64,000 nt of DNA from an uncultured Nitrososphaerales archaeon (GTDB lineage Archaea > Thermoproteota > Nitrososphaeria > Nitrososphaerales > Nitrososphaeraceae): contig CAVPXM010000055.1 of assembly GCA_963709405.1 (NCBI GenBank), forward strand, positions 391,656-455,655. The letters run 5' to 3'. The position numbers and the translations under genes are program-made. Shown one piece after another: positions 22,430 to 33,431 of the stretch (positions within the stretch are counted from its first letter, which is position 1; the number at the start of each line of letters is the position of its first letter). The notes beneath the pieces were generated by a model, which was given only the letters and a program-made list of their open reading frames with translations, had not been told where the DNA came from and did no database searches.

Positions 22430-23434
22430 ATGAAGATAGCCATTTCTGGAACAGATTCGAGAGATTATCGTTCGATTATACAAATAAAGAAGCTGCTAGA
22501 TTCATTAGGATACGCTCCGAAAGTAATGAAATCCGGAGATTATGAGGTCGCAAAAGAGGTAGATCTGGTTCTGATTCCAGGGGGAGACAGAGGGATCTTG
22601 GATTACTTTCATAGGGTCGTGACAGATTCTGCCCCCGTTATTGGGATTTATGAGTCAGATTCTACTGGATTTCTGGCACAACTCAGTTTAAGGGATCTAG
22701 AATTGAAATCATCTAAATTAACCAGAGGTGACTATGAAATAGATCAGGTAGTGCGCCTAGCTGTAAACGTCGATGGAAATGAAGTCCAACCAGTACTGAA
22801 CGATGTAGCAGTATTTCCCAGCAAAAGCGCGATGTTGATGGAACATGTGCTTAGAACAGATTCTAAAGACGTGTGGCATGACAATAGCGATGGTGTCATT
22901 ATATCGACTCCAACGGGCTCGACGGCTTATTCAATGTCAGCTGGTGGACCAATGGTGATCCAGAGATCCAAGGTTTTTGTAGTAGTCTCAGTGAACTCTG
23001 TTGATAACACCCGGCGACCATTGATTGTTCCCGACGATACGAAGTTAGAAATCGTTAATCTTATGAGTAGATATCATTGCGAAGTTATCCTCGATGGCGG
23101 TTCCAGGTTGCGAATTAAAAGGATACTTGAATGCCAAAGGCACGAGTTTCCTGCTAGATTTATCCGTCTTTCTACCGATTCCTCAGCCATTTCACTCATT
23201 GCAAAGAAAGTTAAGATAGCAGAAGACCTATTGAGCATGCCAGCAAGCGCTAAACTAATTCTAAAGACTTTAGAATATGAAGGGGCATTGAGTCAGAGGG
23301 ACCTTAGAAGGAGGACAATGTTACCTGAAAGGACAGTACGATTATCTTTGAGTCATTTGTTAAAGGGAGACTACGTACGAAAGAAAACATCTCTTCGCGA
23401 CGCCAGACAACATATATTTGAACTCAAGATTTAA
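22430..23434 (+). CDS. NAD(+) kinase with a C-terminal winged-helix domain
   Basis: GGD, LND, DGVIISTPTGSTAYSMSAGGP; C-terminal SAKLILKTLEYEGALSQRDL...PERTVRLSL..L. Confidence 0.85.
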   Translation: MKIAISGTDSRDYRSIIQIKKLLDSLGYAPKVMKSGDYEVAKEVDLVLIPGGDRGILDYFHRVVTDSAPVIGIYESDSTGFLAQLSLRDLELKSSKLTRGDYEIDQVVRLAVNVDGNEVQPVLNDVAVFPSKSAMLMEHVLRTDSKDVWHDNSDGVIISTPTGSTAYSMSAGGPMVIQRSKVFVVVSVNSVDNTRRPLIVPDDTKLEIVNLMSRYHCEVILDGGSRLRIKRILECQRHEFPARFIRLSTDSSAISLIAKKVKIAEDLLSMPASAKLILKTLEYEGALSQRDLRRRTMLPERTVRLSLSHLLKGDYVRKKTSLRDARQHIFELKI

Positions 23435-25058
23435 GAGATGCAGCACGAACAAACCCGACAAATGCCTCTTCGGGTTTACCAGGTCTACTACTAAATTCGG
23501 AGTGGTATTGGGAGGCGAAGTAAAAACGATGTTTTGGAATTTCGATAATTTCTAGCCTTTTGCCGTTGTCGGAAAATGCAGACAAGGCTAGACCATTTTC
23601 TAGCAATAGCTTCCTGTAATATTGATTAAATTCATAGCGATGTCTATGTCTTCTATATATCTTGACGCTCTTATAGATATCTACAGCTACGGTCATTGGG
23701 ACTAAATTTATTTCGTGACTTCCAAGCCTCATAGATCCTCCAAGTTCCGTAGTTGCCCTCTGTTCAGGCATATACTCTATTACAGGATCCTCTGTGTCAG
23801 GATCAAGTTCGGTAGAATTTGCATTCTCTATCGAGCAAAGATTACGCAAAATTGCTACGATTGCAAGCTGAAAACCGAAACAGATTCCTAGATATGGAAT
23901 ATTCTCTAGCCTAGCAAAGTTGGCTGCGTTTATGATGCCTTCGCTTCCCCTTTTTCCAAACCCACCAGGGACCAAAATACCATTGTAACTCCTAAGATGA
24001 TCTAAGCCTCTTGCACCATTGTGGTCCTCAAGCTTTTCCGATTCGATCCAGTCAACTTCGACCTTTTTTCCGATACTGGCTCCCGCGTGTGATAGGGCAT
24101 GGTAGACACTTACATAGCTATCAGGAAGAGAAACATACTTTCCCACAATTGCGATTTTTATTGAACCTTCGTATGTATGGAACGACTTTGTGACAGATCT
24201 CCAATTAAGCCACCTAGGCGTACAATTGTTTAAGTGTAGTTTTTCAGCAATCACCCCTAGCATTCCCTGACTCTCCAACAATTCAGGAACCTTGTATATT
24301 GACGGCGCATCGTGGCAAGATATAACGGAATTTTCTTCTATGCTTGCAAATAAGGATATCTTTCGTCTTGCTTCAGACGTAATCTTTGTTTTACATCTGA
24401 CAGCGAGGATATCTGGTTGAATTCCTATTCTTCTTAATTCTTGCACGCTATGCTGGGTAGGCTTAGTTTTTTGTTCACCTACTACATCAAGGATCGGCGC
24501 AAGAGTCACATGTATGAAGAGAGTATTCGCGCGTCCGACTTCGAGTTCTAGCTCCCTGAGAGCTTCAAGGAAGGGTAGGCTTTCTATGTCTCCTACCGTT
24601 CCACCACATTCAACCACGACGATGTCTAAACACTCTCTACTAGCGATTTTTCGTAACTGATTCTTGATAGCGTCCGTAATATGCGGTATTATCTGAACGC
24701 ATTGGCCTAGATATTTTCCTTGTCTTTCTGCACGAATTACGTCTAAATAGACTCTTCCAGTAGTCAGGTTATGATCCTTAGATAGCGCTATATCGAGAAA
24801 TCGTTCGTAATTACCCAAGTCCATGTCACATTCTCCACCATCATCGGTCACAAAGACCTCACCGTGTGCAATTGGGTTCATGGTCCCCGCGTCACAATTT
24901 ACATATGGGTCGATCTTTATGCATGAAACTTTGAAGCCGGATAGCTGTAACAATTTGGCTGTCGACGAGGTTATCACGCCCTTACCAATGCCAGACATGA
25001 CACCTCCAGTCACGAAAATAAATTTTGGTCCATCGACCTGCTTCTTAATCGACTGCAC
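23424..25058 (-). CDS. pyrG: CTP synthase
   Basis: [36 protein letters not shown]. Confidence 0.97.
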   Translation of the reverse strand: MQSIKKQVDGPKFIFVTGGVMSGIGKGVITSSTAKLLQLSGFKVSCIKIDPYVNCDAGTMNPIAHGEVFVTDDGGECDMDLGNYERFLDIALSKDHNLTTGRVYLDVIRAERQGKYLGQCVQIIPHITDAIKNQLRKIASRECLDIVVVECGGTVGDIESLPFLEALRELELEVGRANTLFIHVTLAPILDVVGEQKTKPTQHSVQELRRIGIQPDILAVRCKTKITSEARRKISLFASIEENSVISCHDAPSIYKVPELLESQGMLGVIAEKLHLNNCTPRWLNWRSVTKSFHTYEGSIKIAIVGKYVSLPDSYVSVYHALSHAGASIGKKVEVDWIESEKLEDHNGARGLDHLRSYNGILVPGGFGKRGSEGIINAANFARLENIPYLGICFGFQLAIVAILRNLCSIENANSTELDPDTEDPVIEYMPEQRATTELGGSMRLGSHEINLVPMTVAVDIYKSVKIYRRHRHRYEFNQYYRKLLLENGLALSAFSDNGKRLEIIEIPKHRFYFASQYHSEFSSRPGKPEEAFVGFVRAASLKS

Positions 25059-25382
25059 ATCACGTTTTAGCTGATGGCCCTTTTATTCCTTTTTTATTTT
25101 ATTTTTATCACTGAGATTCGTCGTACATACGAATACTTTCGATTGACCATGTTTATGCGGATACTTGGGAGCTTCCTGCGCAGCCGTCAGAAAAGTTACA
25201 ATATCGGTTGAATCAGAGAGTTACTTCTATCGTTAAAAAGTCATGGTTCAGTTGATTTCACAAGCGAGAAGGACTATTGAAATATACTAGAATCCAAGAC
25301 AAATTTGTGATCGAAAATTTTACCAAAAATACGGAGATCTGATTAGGTCCTTTATATTCACGGACTATGCCAATACTTACAA

Positions 25383-25679
25383 TTAGTCAATGTAGCCCAC
25401 ATTTCTAAAGAAAGATACAATTTGGATTACATACTCGTTCTGTAAATCTAAAGCGTACATTTTGTTTGCCATTCTGGTCTCCTTTACCCATCCTATCTCC
25501 ATCAAGTCGTTAAGATTACGCTTAATATCCTCTCTTTTTAGCCGAGTTTTGTTATGTAACACGTAAATGGTTAGCATTCTCCCATTTTCTGCTAGCGATT
25601 TTAGGATTTTTATCTTTCCTAGTGTACCAAGGCCTTGCTCTATTATTTCTTTACTAGTTCGTCTACTATTCAATCTCAC
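25383..25679 (-). CDS. ArsR-like winged-helix protein; start uncertain (ORF track extends it to 25799)
   Basis: LGTLGKIKILKSL...IYVLHNKTRLKREDIKRNLNDLMEIGWV...MYAL. Confidence 0.7.
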   Translation of the reverse strand: MRLNSRRTSKEIIEQGLGTLGKIKILKSLAENGRMLTIYVLHNKTRLKREDIKRNLNDLMEIGWVKETRMANKMYALDLQNEYVIQIVSFFRNVGYID

Positions 25680-26896
25680 AACTTGTTCTCTGCATAATGC
25701 TTGATTTTGTGAAGGAGCATCGGTTCGAGATCTCTGAATGATGCTCCCACTATCCCGATTTCCTTCAATGACCTTATGTCTATAACTTTCTTGGAGCACA
25801 AATTATCTAGATGATCTTCAATCTCTAATTTCTTCAACTTGAATTCCTCGGCGACATCTAAAGCACTGAGACGGATTTCCTTGAGTTCGACATAAGGCTT
25901 TCTCTTTGCTCTGATCGTCCTGATTACTGCCATTAGGGTATAAACCTGAGATGGTGGTAATGCATCTAGATTAACGGTTGCGGCCGCAGGATGAATCTGT
26001 GAGTAAACTTGTCTAACCTGGTCTATGGTTATTCGACCAGTTCCTTGAGTTTCTGCCAGCTTACCTGAATAGGCAAGTAGATCTAGTGCAAATCTTATGT
26101 CGCCGTGAATCATAGATGAGGTAGTAATCTTTGCAACTTCGTCTATAATATCGGAGCCAATGGCCTTCGGTTTAAAAGCTTCGGAACATCTTCTATCTAG
26201 TATATCACTGACCTGTTTAAGTGTATATTGAGGAAATTCCATCGGTATTCTTCCAAGAGAGCTGAGCTCTGCATGATCCAGTTTGCCGTAAAATTCCTTA
26301 CTCCTTGCGATAAAAATAACCATTTTTATGTTACACGGAGAGCCAGGTTCAAATTCATTAAGACGAGTGAGATCATAAATTACTCCAGTGTCCTTCGTAT
26401 TTTTTATTAGATAGTCAATTTCATCAAGTATTATCAAGGCGTATTTTTTACTTTCGCGTAGGTAACGCAGCAAGTACCTCAACATCTCTTCTGCGCTAAC
26501 CCCCTGTGATGGAATATCTGGTCCTAGTTTTTCTAGGAGATACCTATATATTGCAAATTTATTGCCGCCTTGCAGTTTCAGATTCACGTAAACCGTTACT
26601 AGTGGCAGCCTGTTCCTATCGAAATGTTGTTCAAGCACCTTTGAACACTTTAGGACTGTGGATGTCTTTCCTATGCCAGCTGATCCTAAAATCTGCAATA
26701 CAGTCAACGGACAATCGTCTGGAGATGAAGGCCCTATGAAAACATGGCAAATTTCTTCAATTTGTTTTTCACGATGCGGAAGTTCATTAGGAATGTACCT
26801 AGCAGATAATTTTGTTTGGTCCAAGAATATGGCACTTTCCATGGTTTCCACAGAATAGATTACCGCATATGTAATATTAATTATCCTCGCGAGCAT
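25676..26896 (-). CDS. cdc6: Orc1/Cdc6 replication initiation protein
   Basis: YIPNELPHREKQI, GSAGIGKT Walker A, IILDEID Walker B, GDIRFALDLL. Confidence 0.93.
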   Translation of the reverse strand: MLARIINITYAVIYSVETMESAIFLDQTKLSARYIPNELPHREKQIEEICHVFIGPSSPDDCPLTVLQILGSAGIGKTSTVLKCSKVLEQHFDRNRLPLVTVYVNLKLQGGNKFAIYRYLLEKLGPDIPSQGVSAEEMLRYLLRYLRESKKYALIILDEIDYLIKNTKDTGVIYDLTRLNEFEPGSPCNIKMVIFIARSKEFYGKLDHAELSSLGRIPMEFPQYTLKQVSDILDRRCSEAFKPKAIGSDIIDEVAKITTSSMIHGDIRFALDLLAYSGKLAETQGTGRITIDQVRQVYSQIHPAAATVNLDALPPSQVYTLMAVIRTIRAKRKPYVELKEIRLSALDVAEEFKLKKLEIEDHLDNLCSKKVIDIRSLKEIGIVGASFRDLEPMLLHKIKHYAENKL

Positions 26897-26912
26897 GACT
26901 TACCCATTCGAG

Positions 26913-27719
26913 TCAGAAATATTCTGTAATCTTGTTGTTCATCGACTCCCTAATCAAATCTCTTACCTCTTTTTTTTCAGACCTAGTTCGATAATCTGAA
27001 AGTTTCGCTATGAATTCGAGTTCCTCTGGGGACAAATCTAATTCCCCATTAAACATCTCGTTAAAGATTATTTTCTGGTTAATTTTTTGAACTATCGAAA
27101 TGACCTTATGCATTTTACCGACCTTATTCCCTAGCCCATTTTCAAATAAGACCCTTGCGATTTGTCTCCTTGGCATATCAAAGAAAGTGTTTGCTACAAA
27201 TCTATCATAGGAGTAGAGCATTTCAAAGCAATCGTCCTTGCCTGTATAGCCCACAATAGTGCTTGGGAATAGACTTAGCATACGATCATGCACGACCCTT
27301 TTGGAATGATTCTCATCTAAAACAAGTATAGATCTGCCGAAAGTCAATATTGCATTAAGTATTTGATTAGGAAGACGCTCATCTAACACATCATCATCAG
27401 ATTTTAGCTCAACTGGATAGAAATGGATATGGTCTATCCTGGACCTTTCAATTCTAGCAAACTGGCTTAGTAGTTTTCTTCTAACTAAGATATCATTAAA
27501 ACTTTCGCATTCTTGCATTGAAAGACAAGAGGACGCTAGATTTTCGCCTTTTAAGATTCTCACTACAACGAGATCAAAACTTCTGAAATAGTATTCATTT
27601 TTTACAAGTATTTTCTCATTTACAAAGTCGTAATTTCTTCTTAGATCAAAAATATTGCCTTGGATATGACCGGAGTTTATTGCGTTGACAAACAGATCTT
27701 TTAACTCTCTTTCTTTCAC
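26913..27719 (-). CDS. Putative PD-(D/E)xK nuclease-fold protein
   Basis: SFDLVVV...PVELKSDDDVLDERLPNQI...FGRSILVLDENH resembles sce7726/MmcB-type motifs. Confidence 0.45.
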   Translation of the reverse strand: MKERELKDLFVNAINSGHIQGNIFDLRRNYDFVNEKILVKNEYYFRSFDLVVVRILKGENLASSCLSMQECESFNDILVRRKLLSQFARIERSRIDHIHFYPVELKSDDDVLDERLPNQILNAILTFGRSILVLDENHSKRVVHDRMLSLFPSTIVGYTGKDDCFEMLYSYDRFVANTFFDMPRRQIARVLFENGLGNKVGKMHKVISIVQKINQKIIFNEMFNGELDLSPEELEFIAKLSDYRTRSEKKEVRDLIRESMNNKITEYF

Positions 27720-27927
27720 AGTATCATCATCAACTAAGATAGTACATTCATCACCAGTGTCAGGTATGCGCTTTTCGTGGAAGGAAAAATATCAGCTTCC
27801 TTTATGCGAATGCGGCTAGACCTAATATTCCATCGTAAAAACTTAATCATTCCTAGTTATCGATCAGCAATTATACACAGATCCAAAATCAACCATCAAT
27901 TTTCTATCTGAATATATTAATAGACGC

Positions 27928-29166
27928 TTAAAGCCGATTCTTTTTGAAGAGATATTTCTGCTTAGAATTTCTTGCCTTAGCATAGTTCATTATTATATCC
28001 ATGTCCTTGTCTCCGCGCCCTGAAAGAGTAACCACAACATATGAAGTGCTATTTAATTTCTTTGCGATTTTAATCGCATATGACAGCGCATGCGAGGACT
28101 CTAATGCAGGGATAATACCTTCGTACTTGCATAAGAATAAAAAGGCATTAATCGCATCGTCATCATTACAAGTCACATATTTAACCCGATTGACGTCTTT
28201 CAGATAAGCGTGTTCAGGACCAACGGCTGGATAATCCAATCCAGCTGAAATGCTATGAGTGGCAAGTACTTGTCCGTATTGATCCTGCAACAGATAGCTT
28301 TTCATGCCGTGTAATATCCCCTCAGAACCAGCACAAAGGGACGCCGAGTGCTCTCCGGACCTGATTCCCTTTCCACCAGCTTCAACCCCATACAGCAAAA
28401 CATCTGATTCGTTAATAAACTGATGAAAACTTCCTATCGCATTGCTTCCACCGCCGACACATGCAACAACTGCATCTGGAAGTTGCTGGTACGCTTTAAT
28501 CATTTGATCCTTTATTTCGCTTCCAATAACACTTTGAAAATCCCGAACGATTGTCGGATACGGATGTGGACCCACTGCCGAGCCTATGAGATAGTACGTA
28601 TTCCTCACATTTGTGATCCAGTCGCGTAATGCATCGTTAATAGCATCTTTTAGAGTCTGTGTTCCTGAGGTAACCGGATGAACTTTTGCTCCCAATAACT
28701 CCATTCTAAAAACGTTCATTTTTTGTCTGCTCATGTCTTTTGAACCCATATAGATTTCTGCGTCCAGGCCCAAGACTGCGCAAGCAATTGCAGTCGCTAC
28801 GCCATGTTGACCGGCTCCGGTTTCTGCAATGACCCTCCTTTTATTCATATTTCTTGCGAGCAGAGCCTGGCCCAGCGTATTGTTAATTTTGTGAGCACCA
28901 CCATGCAATAGGTCCTCTCGTTTCAGTAAGATCTTCGCCCCTCCAACATATTTGGTGAGATTTCTGGCATAATATAGTGGTGTAGGTCGTCCTGCATAAT
29001 TCCTCAAATACTGACTTAGTTCTTCACAAAATTCAGGTTGACTATGATATTTTTCATATGCGGATTCAAGCTCCTCTATTGCAGGAACAAGTGTTTCGGG
29101 AATGAATTTACCGCCATACCTTCCAAATTTTCCCCTTATTTGAGAATCAGATAGCAGTCTGGACAT
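27928..29166 (-). CDS. trpB: Tryptophan synthase beta chain
   Basis: [33 protein letters not shown]. Confidence 0.97.
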   Translation of the reverse strand: MSRLLSDSQIRGKFGRYGGKFIPETLVPAIEELESAYEKYHSQPEFCEELSQYLRNYAGRPTPLYYARNLTKYVGGAKILLKREDLLHGGAHKINNTLGQALLARNMNKRRVIAETGAGQHGVATAIACAVLGLDAEIYMGSKDMSRQKMNVFRMELLGAKVHPVTSGTQTLKDAINDALRDWITNVRNTYYLIGSAVGPHPYPTIVRDFQSVIGSEIKDQMIKAYQQLPDAVVACVGGGSNAIGSFHQFINESDVLLYGVEAGGKGIRSGEHSASLCAGSEGILHGMKSYLLQDQYGQVLATHSISAGLDYPAVGPEHAYLKDVNRVKYVTCNDDDAINAFLFLCKYEGIIPALESSHALSYAIKIAKKLNSTSYVVVTLSGRGDKDMDIIMNYAKARNSKQKYLFKKNRL

Positions 29167-29208
29167 CTATCTTATCTCTAACACATGATATTTTGAAGGT
29201 TGCGGTGG

Positions 29209-30024
29209 TCATAGTGACAAATAAAGCTCGCGCAGTTTAGCTCCAACATTATCTGCTGCCATTATGCTGGTGCCAATTAAAAAAGCGTCAGCACCTACAT
29301 TTCTCAAACGCCTTATATCACTAGCTTCGACTATGCCACTTTCGCTAACAACTATATTTTCTCCCTTAGCATACTTTGTAAGTAACGCTTCGGTATTATG
29401 AATATCAACTTCGAGGCTCTCTAAGTTACGATTGTTGATTCCTATAATTGCATGTATATTCTTGTTAACTGTCAAGATTTCTTCAAATTCTATCCCTGTG
29501 TGTACTTCGAAAATTATCCGGACGTCCTTCTTCATTGCATATTCGGCAAATCTCTCTATGCTACCCTCAGCCAAATGCTGATCAAATATGGCCTTTATTA
29601 GCAAGATATAATCAGCGCCAAGTGCTTTTGCAGCGTCAATTTGTACTTCACTGACTGTGATGTCTTTCATAACTAATGGGAGAGCTGACACCTTTCTCAC
29701 AATAGACAAGGTTTCTATCGAGCCGTTGAAGAGAAAGGGTTGAGTTAGAACAGAGAGCCCTATGGCTCCAGCAGATATCATTGTGGCCGCAATTTGTTTA
29801 GCATCGCCTACGTCAACTGACCCGATTAGGCCGATTGAAGGCGAGGCAAACTTGATTTCAGCAATTATAGGTGCATGTGAACACGAAATGATGGGGGCAT
29901 GCAAACTTAAAGATTGATGAGTTTTGGACGTATATTTTTCGGTTTCATAGGCTCCGTTATCAATAGATCTATAGGAATTATTTGCAAGTTTTCTTAGCAT
30001 CGAAGAGCTTTGAAATTTACTCAT
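29209..30024 (-). CDS. trpC: Indole-3-glycerol phosphate synthase
   Basis: IIAEIKFASPS, LSVLT, GINNRNL, SESGI, LIGTSIM. Confidence 0.94.
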   Translation of the reverse strand: MSKFQSSSMLRKLANNSYRSIDNGAYETEKYTSKTHQSLSLHAPIISCSHAPIIAEIKFASPSIGLIGSVDVGDAKQIAATMISAGAIGLSVLTQPFLFNGSIETLSIVRKVSALPLVMKDITVSEVQIDAAKALGADYILLIKAIFDQHLAEGSIERFAEYAMKKDVRIIFEVHTGIEFEEILTVNKNIHAIIGINNRNLESLEVDIHNTEALLTKYAKGENIVVSESGIVEASDIRRLRNVGADAFLIGTSIMAADNVGAKLRELYLSL

Positions 30025-30078
30025 TTGTCAACTTGTTATCTACCAAAATATAAAATGATAATAATCGTGGCATATAGG

Positions 30079-30402
30079 CTATGGAAGAACTATCCCTGAC
30101 ATATCCCGGGCAAAAAGTATATTATTTAATGTAACCTGAAATTTAGTGCCGTTACGTTCCACAATAATCTCGATATCATCAAGAGAGTCAGATGCAGCAG
30201 TACTTTCCATTTTTCCAATTACTACGTGTATAGATTCGTGGGAAATCAGCGCTTCCATGAACGGTTCTATTTCGCCAAAATCATTAAGTTCTGCTTTAGC
30301 ATTTTCCTGAGATATAATTATAAGCATAGTTTCCTTATCGTAAGTAAAGTAAGCAGGAGATTTGTCTAAGGCGCAAGCAATAACGAAATCATTTATAGTC
30401 AT
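30079..30402 (-). CDS. Small acidic hypothetical protein with an HExxH motif
   Basis: ALISHESIHVVI. Confidence 0.6.
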   Translation of the reverse strand: MTINDFVIACALDKSPAYFTYDKETMLIIISQENAKAELNDFGEIEPFMEALISHESIHVVIGKMESTAASDSLDDIEIIVERNGTKFQVTLNNILFARDMSGIVLP

Positions 30403-30827
30403 TGTACTTCAATCAAAAATATATAAGCAAATAAAGAATCAAGAACCATATAGCGCCGCAGCCGGTTACCATCGACACTTGAAACGAGCATATTCCGTGA
30501 GAGTAGATGGTAAATCAAGTTGTATCAAAAAGCGTAATTACAGTTTATGATTGTTACTCTTTGATACATAGTTAATATTTACTAGAATTATACCAATACT
30601 CTAAATCAGCTTTCGAAATTACACATTAATTCATGTGCGGTTAGTAATGATTCGAAATTAGTATGCGCTCCTCTTTTGATTGGCTTTAAAGGAAAACATA
30701 AACAAATCCGTCTTATCTACAACAAGTATCTAACACCATCTATTCTTCGAAAACCCGTAGAATTGCAGTCAATCCGACTGGGAAGAGGCCTATTTAACTC
30801 CTCGCCAAAGGAAATAGTCGAAAATTT

Positions 30828-33362
30828 CTAGAGTGTGAAATACTCGGCTTTTGGATGGTGGACGACGATAGCGGCAGTTGATTGATCAGGAATTATTTGT
30901 CCAGCTTCAGTTAAACTCATACCGGATTTTGTGGCATCCAAAATTTTCCAAACCAAATGATGCTGAGAAATGTCAGGACAACTAGGATAACCCCAACTAT
31001 ACCTCAGGCCACGTCTAGGTCCAATGCCTAATTCGTCTTTGATTCTAGAGTTTACCCATTCGGCCAATGCTTCAGCAGTCTCTACAGCAAGTCCATGTAA
31101 GTAGAACGCATCAGTATATCTATCCTCGCTGTTCCATTCATCAATCACATTTTGTACCCTTGATCCCACGGTTACCGCCTGAAACGCTACCAAGTCATTC
31201 TCTCCAAAATAATCTGTCAAACAGAGGTGCTTTTCTCTTGAAGAACGTGGGAAGTCGAATATGACCTGTCCATCACCATTAGGCAGATCAACTGCAAGCT
31301 TATCCTTGATGTTGTGACATCTAGAATAACAGTAGACAGCCCTAGGTTCAAAAAGTGATTCCTCTATTACCCTCTTCTTCCATTCATCTAGCAGTTGCTC
31401 TGCCTCTTTCTGCAAACCACCAGCAGATCTACCACGTATCCCCCATGAGAGAACGAAAAGTGATTTCTTATTAATGAATTTCCACACATCATCCAAAAGT
31501 AATTGGTTTGGCTCTAACCTAATCCGCCGATTAATATGTGGTGGTTTTGGAGGCTGTACAGGAACTATTTCACTTCTGTAATCCGAAACAGGCAATTCTA
31601 ACCTGCTCCTCTTTTCATCCCAATGAATTAGTTTTTCCCTCCATTCCAAAATATAACTTTCTCTCTCACTAGACATCAAATTGTTCATGACCTTTAGGCC
31701 ATCAAACGCAGTTTTGCAATAAAACACACCCGGTTGGTAGATTCCCCCTTCCTTCGCAATTCTATTAATATAAGTACTGTTTATTGCGGCTCCTCCACAA
31801 AGAATTGGAATCGTAATGTTGTTTTGTCTCAAGTGTTCGACAAGATACTGCATCTGTTTTGAGGTTGAAACTAGGAGGGCGGATAGACCAACGGCATCTG
31901 CATGTATTTCATTTATCCCTTCAACAATTCTCGGAATTGGAACTTGCTTCCCGAGGTCATAAACAGTGTATCCATTGTTAGAGAGTATAGTCTTTACCAG
32001 GTTCTTGCCTATGTCGTGAACATCACCATAGACGGTACATAACACCAATTTGCCCTTACTAACTCCTTCCTTTCTGATTAAATATTTCTCAAGTTCTGCA
32101 ACTGCGGCTTTCATACATTCGGCGGATTTCAATACAAATGGAAGAATTAGTTCGCCCGAACCAAATTTGTCCCCAACCTCTTTCATTGCTGGTAGTAATA
32201 CTTCATTTAATGTCCTGACCGCGGCATCATGAACCGCTTGTTTCGAGCCATCAATTATTAGCTCGTTCTTATCATTATCAAAGGTAGCATCGCCTTTTAT
32301 AGGTCTAATAACCCCATCGATATGATCGCGAATCGCCTTGACTACATCTTTTTCTATTCCATCACCCAACCTGTTGACGATCCTGAAATAGCAACGTTTG
32401 CTTGCATCCCAATTTGGGTCTACTTCAATTTTATTCCTAATTACAGATGACCTTGATAGAGATTTACCCTCCTGAAAATAGGAGATTAGTTCAGATAAGG
32501 CATTTTGATGGATATTGAAAACCAAGTTCTCAGCTAACGTTCTTTCATTTAATGTAATGTCTGAATAAGGAATGATATCCTTGGCGTTTATGATGACTGC
32601 ATCCAAACCACTCTTTATGGCATGATACAAAAATACAGAATTTACTATCTTCCTAGCAAGAACTGGTAAACCAAAACTAACATTACTCAAACCCAGCACT
32701 GTAAAGGAATCCGGCAAGTTTTCCTTGACTAGTCGTATGCCATCTAAGGTAGATTTGGCGGAATCTTGAAATTCTGTTTCCCCAGTAGCTAGGGTGAATG
32801 TTAAAACATCAAAAATGAATTGCCACGGCTTAAGATCGTATCTCTTACCAGTATCAATAAGAAGTCTTGCGGTATTTAACTTCTCTTCGGCAGTCTTAGC
32901 CATACCATTTGGACCTATACACATTGCAATCGCTGGAACCCCATACTTTTCCATGAGTGGTGCTAAGAGATGAAATCTACTCCCGTCCCCTTCGAGATTG
33001 ATCGAATTGATTATGGGCTTACCAGGAGTTAGCTTCAGAACGGCTTCAATCACTTTAGGATCAGTTGAATCTATTACTAGGGGGGCATCGATCTCATTAC
33101 TGACTCTCTTTACAAGCTTTGACATAAATTCAAGTTCATCTGAGCGCTCAGTTGTAGCAACACAGACATCTAAGCAATGTGCGCCATCTTCAACTTGTGT
33201 AGCAGCAAGACGAACTAATCCGTCAAAGTCTCCTTTCAAAACCATTTCCTTAGCCTTTCTAGAACCCTGCGAGTTAAGTCGTTCACCTATGATCAGAGGA
33301 GGCGGTTCTTGCCTCAAATCCACTGCCTTAAAGGCAGAACTTATGCGGGGGATTTTGGTCAT
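30828..33362 (-). CDS. metH: B12-dependent methionine synthase, pterin-binding, cap, cobalamin-binding and reactivation part
   Basis: IGERLN, IDST, GLSNVSFG, GDVHDIGKNLV, RYSWGYPSCPD. Confidence 0.95.
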   Translation of the reverse strand: MTKIPRISSAFKAVDLRQEPPPLIIGERLNSQGSRKAKEMVLKGDFDGLVRLAATQVEDGAHCLDVCVATTERSDELEFMSKLVKRVSNEIDAPLVIDSTDPKVIEAVLKLTPGKPIINSINLEGDGSRFHLLAPLMEKYGVPAIAMCIGPNGMAKTAEEKLNTARLLIDTGKRYDLKPWQFIFDVLTFTLATGETEFQDSAKSTLDGIRLVKENLPDSFTVLGLSNVSFGLPVLARKIVNSVFLYHAIKSGLDAVIINAKDIIPYSDITLNERTLAENLVFNIHQNALSELISYFQEGKSLSRSSVIRNKIEVDPNWDASKRCYFRIVNRLGDGIEKDVVKAIRDHIDGVIRPIKGDATFDNDKNELIIDGSKQAVHDAAVRTLNEVLLPAMKEVGDKFGSGELILPFVLKSAECMKAAVAELEKYLIRKEGVSKGKLVLCTVYGDVHDIGKNLVKTILSNNGYTVYDLGKQVPIPRIVEGINEIHADAVGLSALLVSTSKQMQYLVEHLRQNNITIPILCGGAAINSTYINRIAKEGGIYQPGVFYCKTAFDGLKVMNNLMSSERESYILEWREKLIHWDEKRSRLELPVSDYRSEIVPVQPPKPPHINRRIRLEPNQLLLDDVWKFINKKSLFVLSWGIRGRSAGGLQKEAEQLLDEWKKRVIEESLFEPRAVYCYSRCHNIKDKLAVDLPNGDGQVIFDFPRSSREKHLCLTDYFGENDLVAFQAVTVGSRVQNVIDEWNSEDRYTDAFYLHGLAVETAEALAEWVNSRIKDELGIGPRRGLRYSWGYPSCPDISQHHLVWKILDATKSGMSLTEAGQIIPDQSTAAIVVHHPKAEYFTL

Positions 33363-33431
33363 TTATTTTTAGTGTAGACAATCATTGAGATGCCTAATCT
33401 AAAACTTTAGATCATACTGAGACCTAATTTC

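Noticed and set aside
25060-27900. Replication origin (ORB boxes) next to cdc6
   Set aside because: No recognisable repeated TTCCAnnGGAAA/G-string ORB motifs by eye in the flanking intergenic regions
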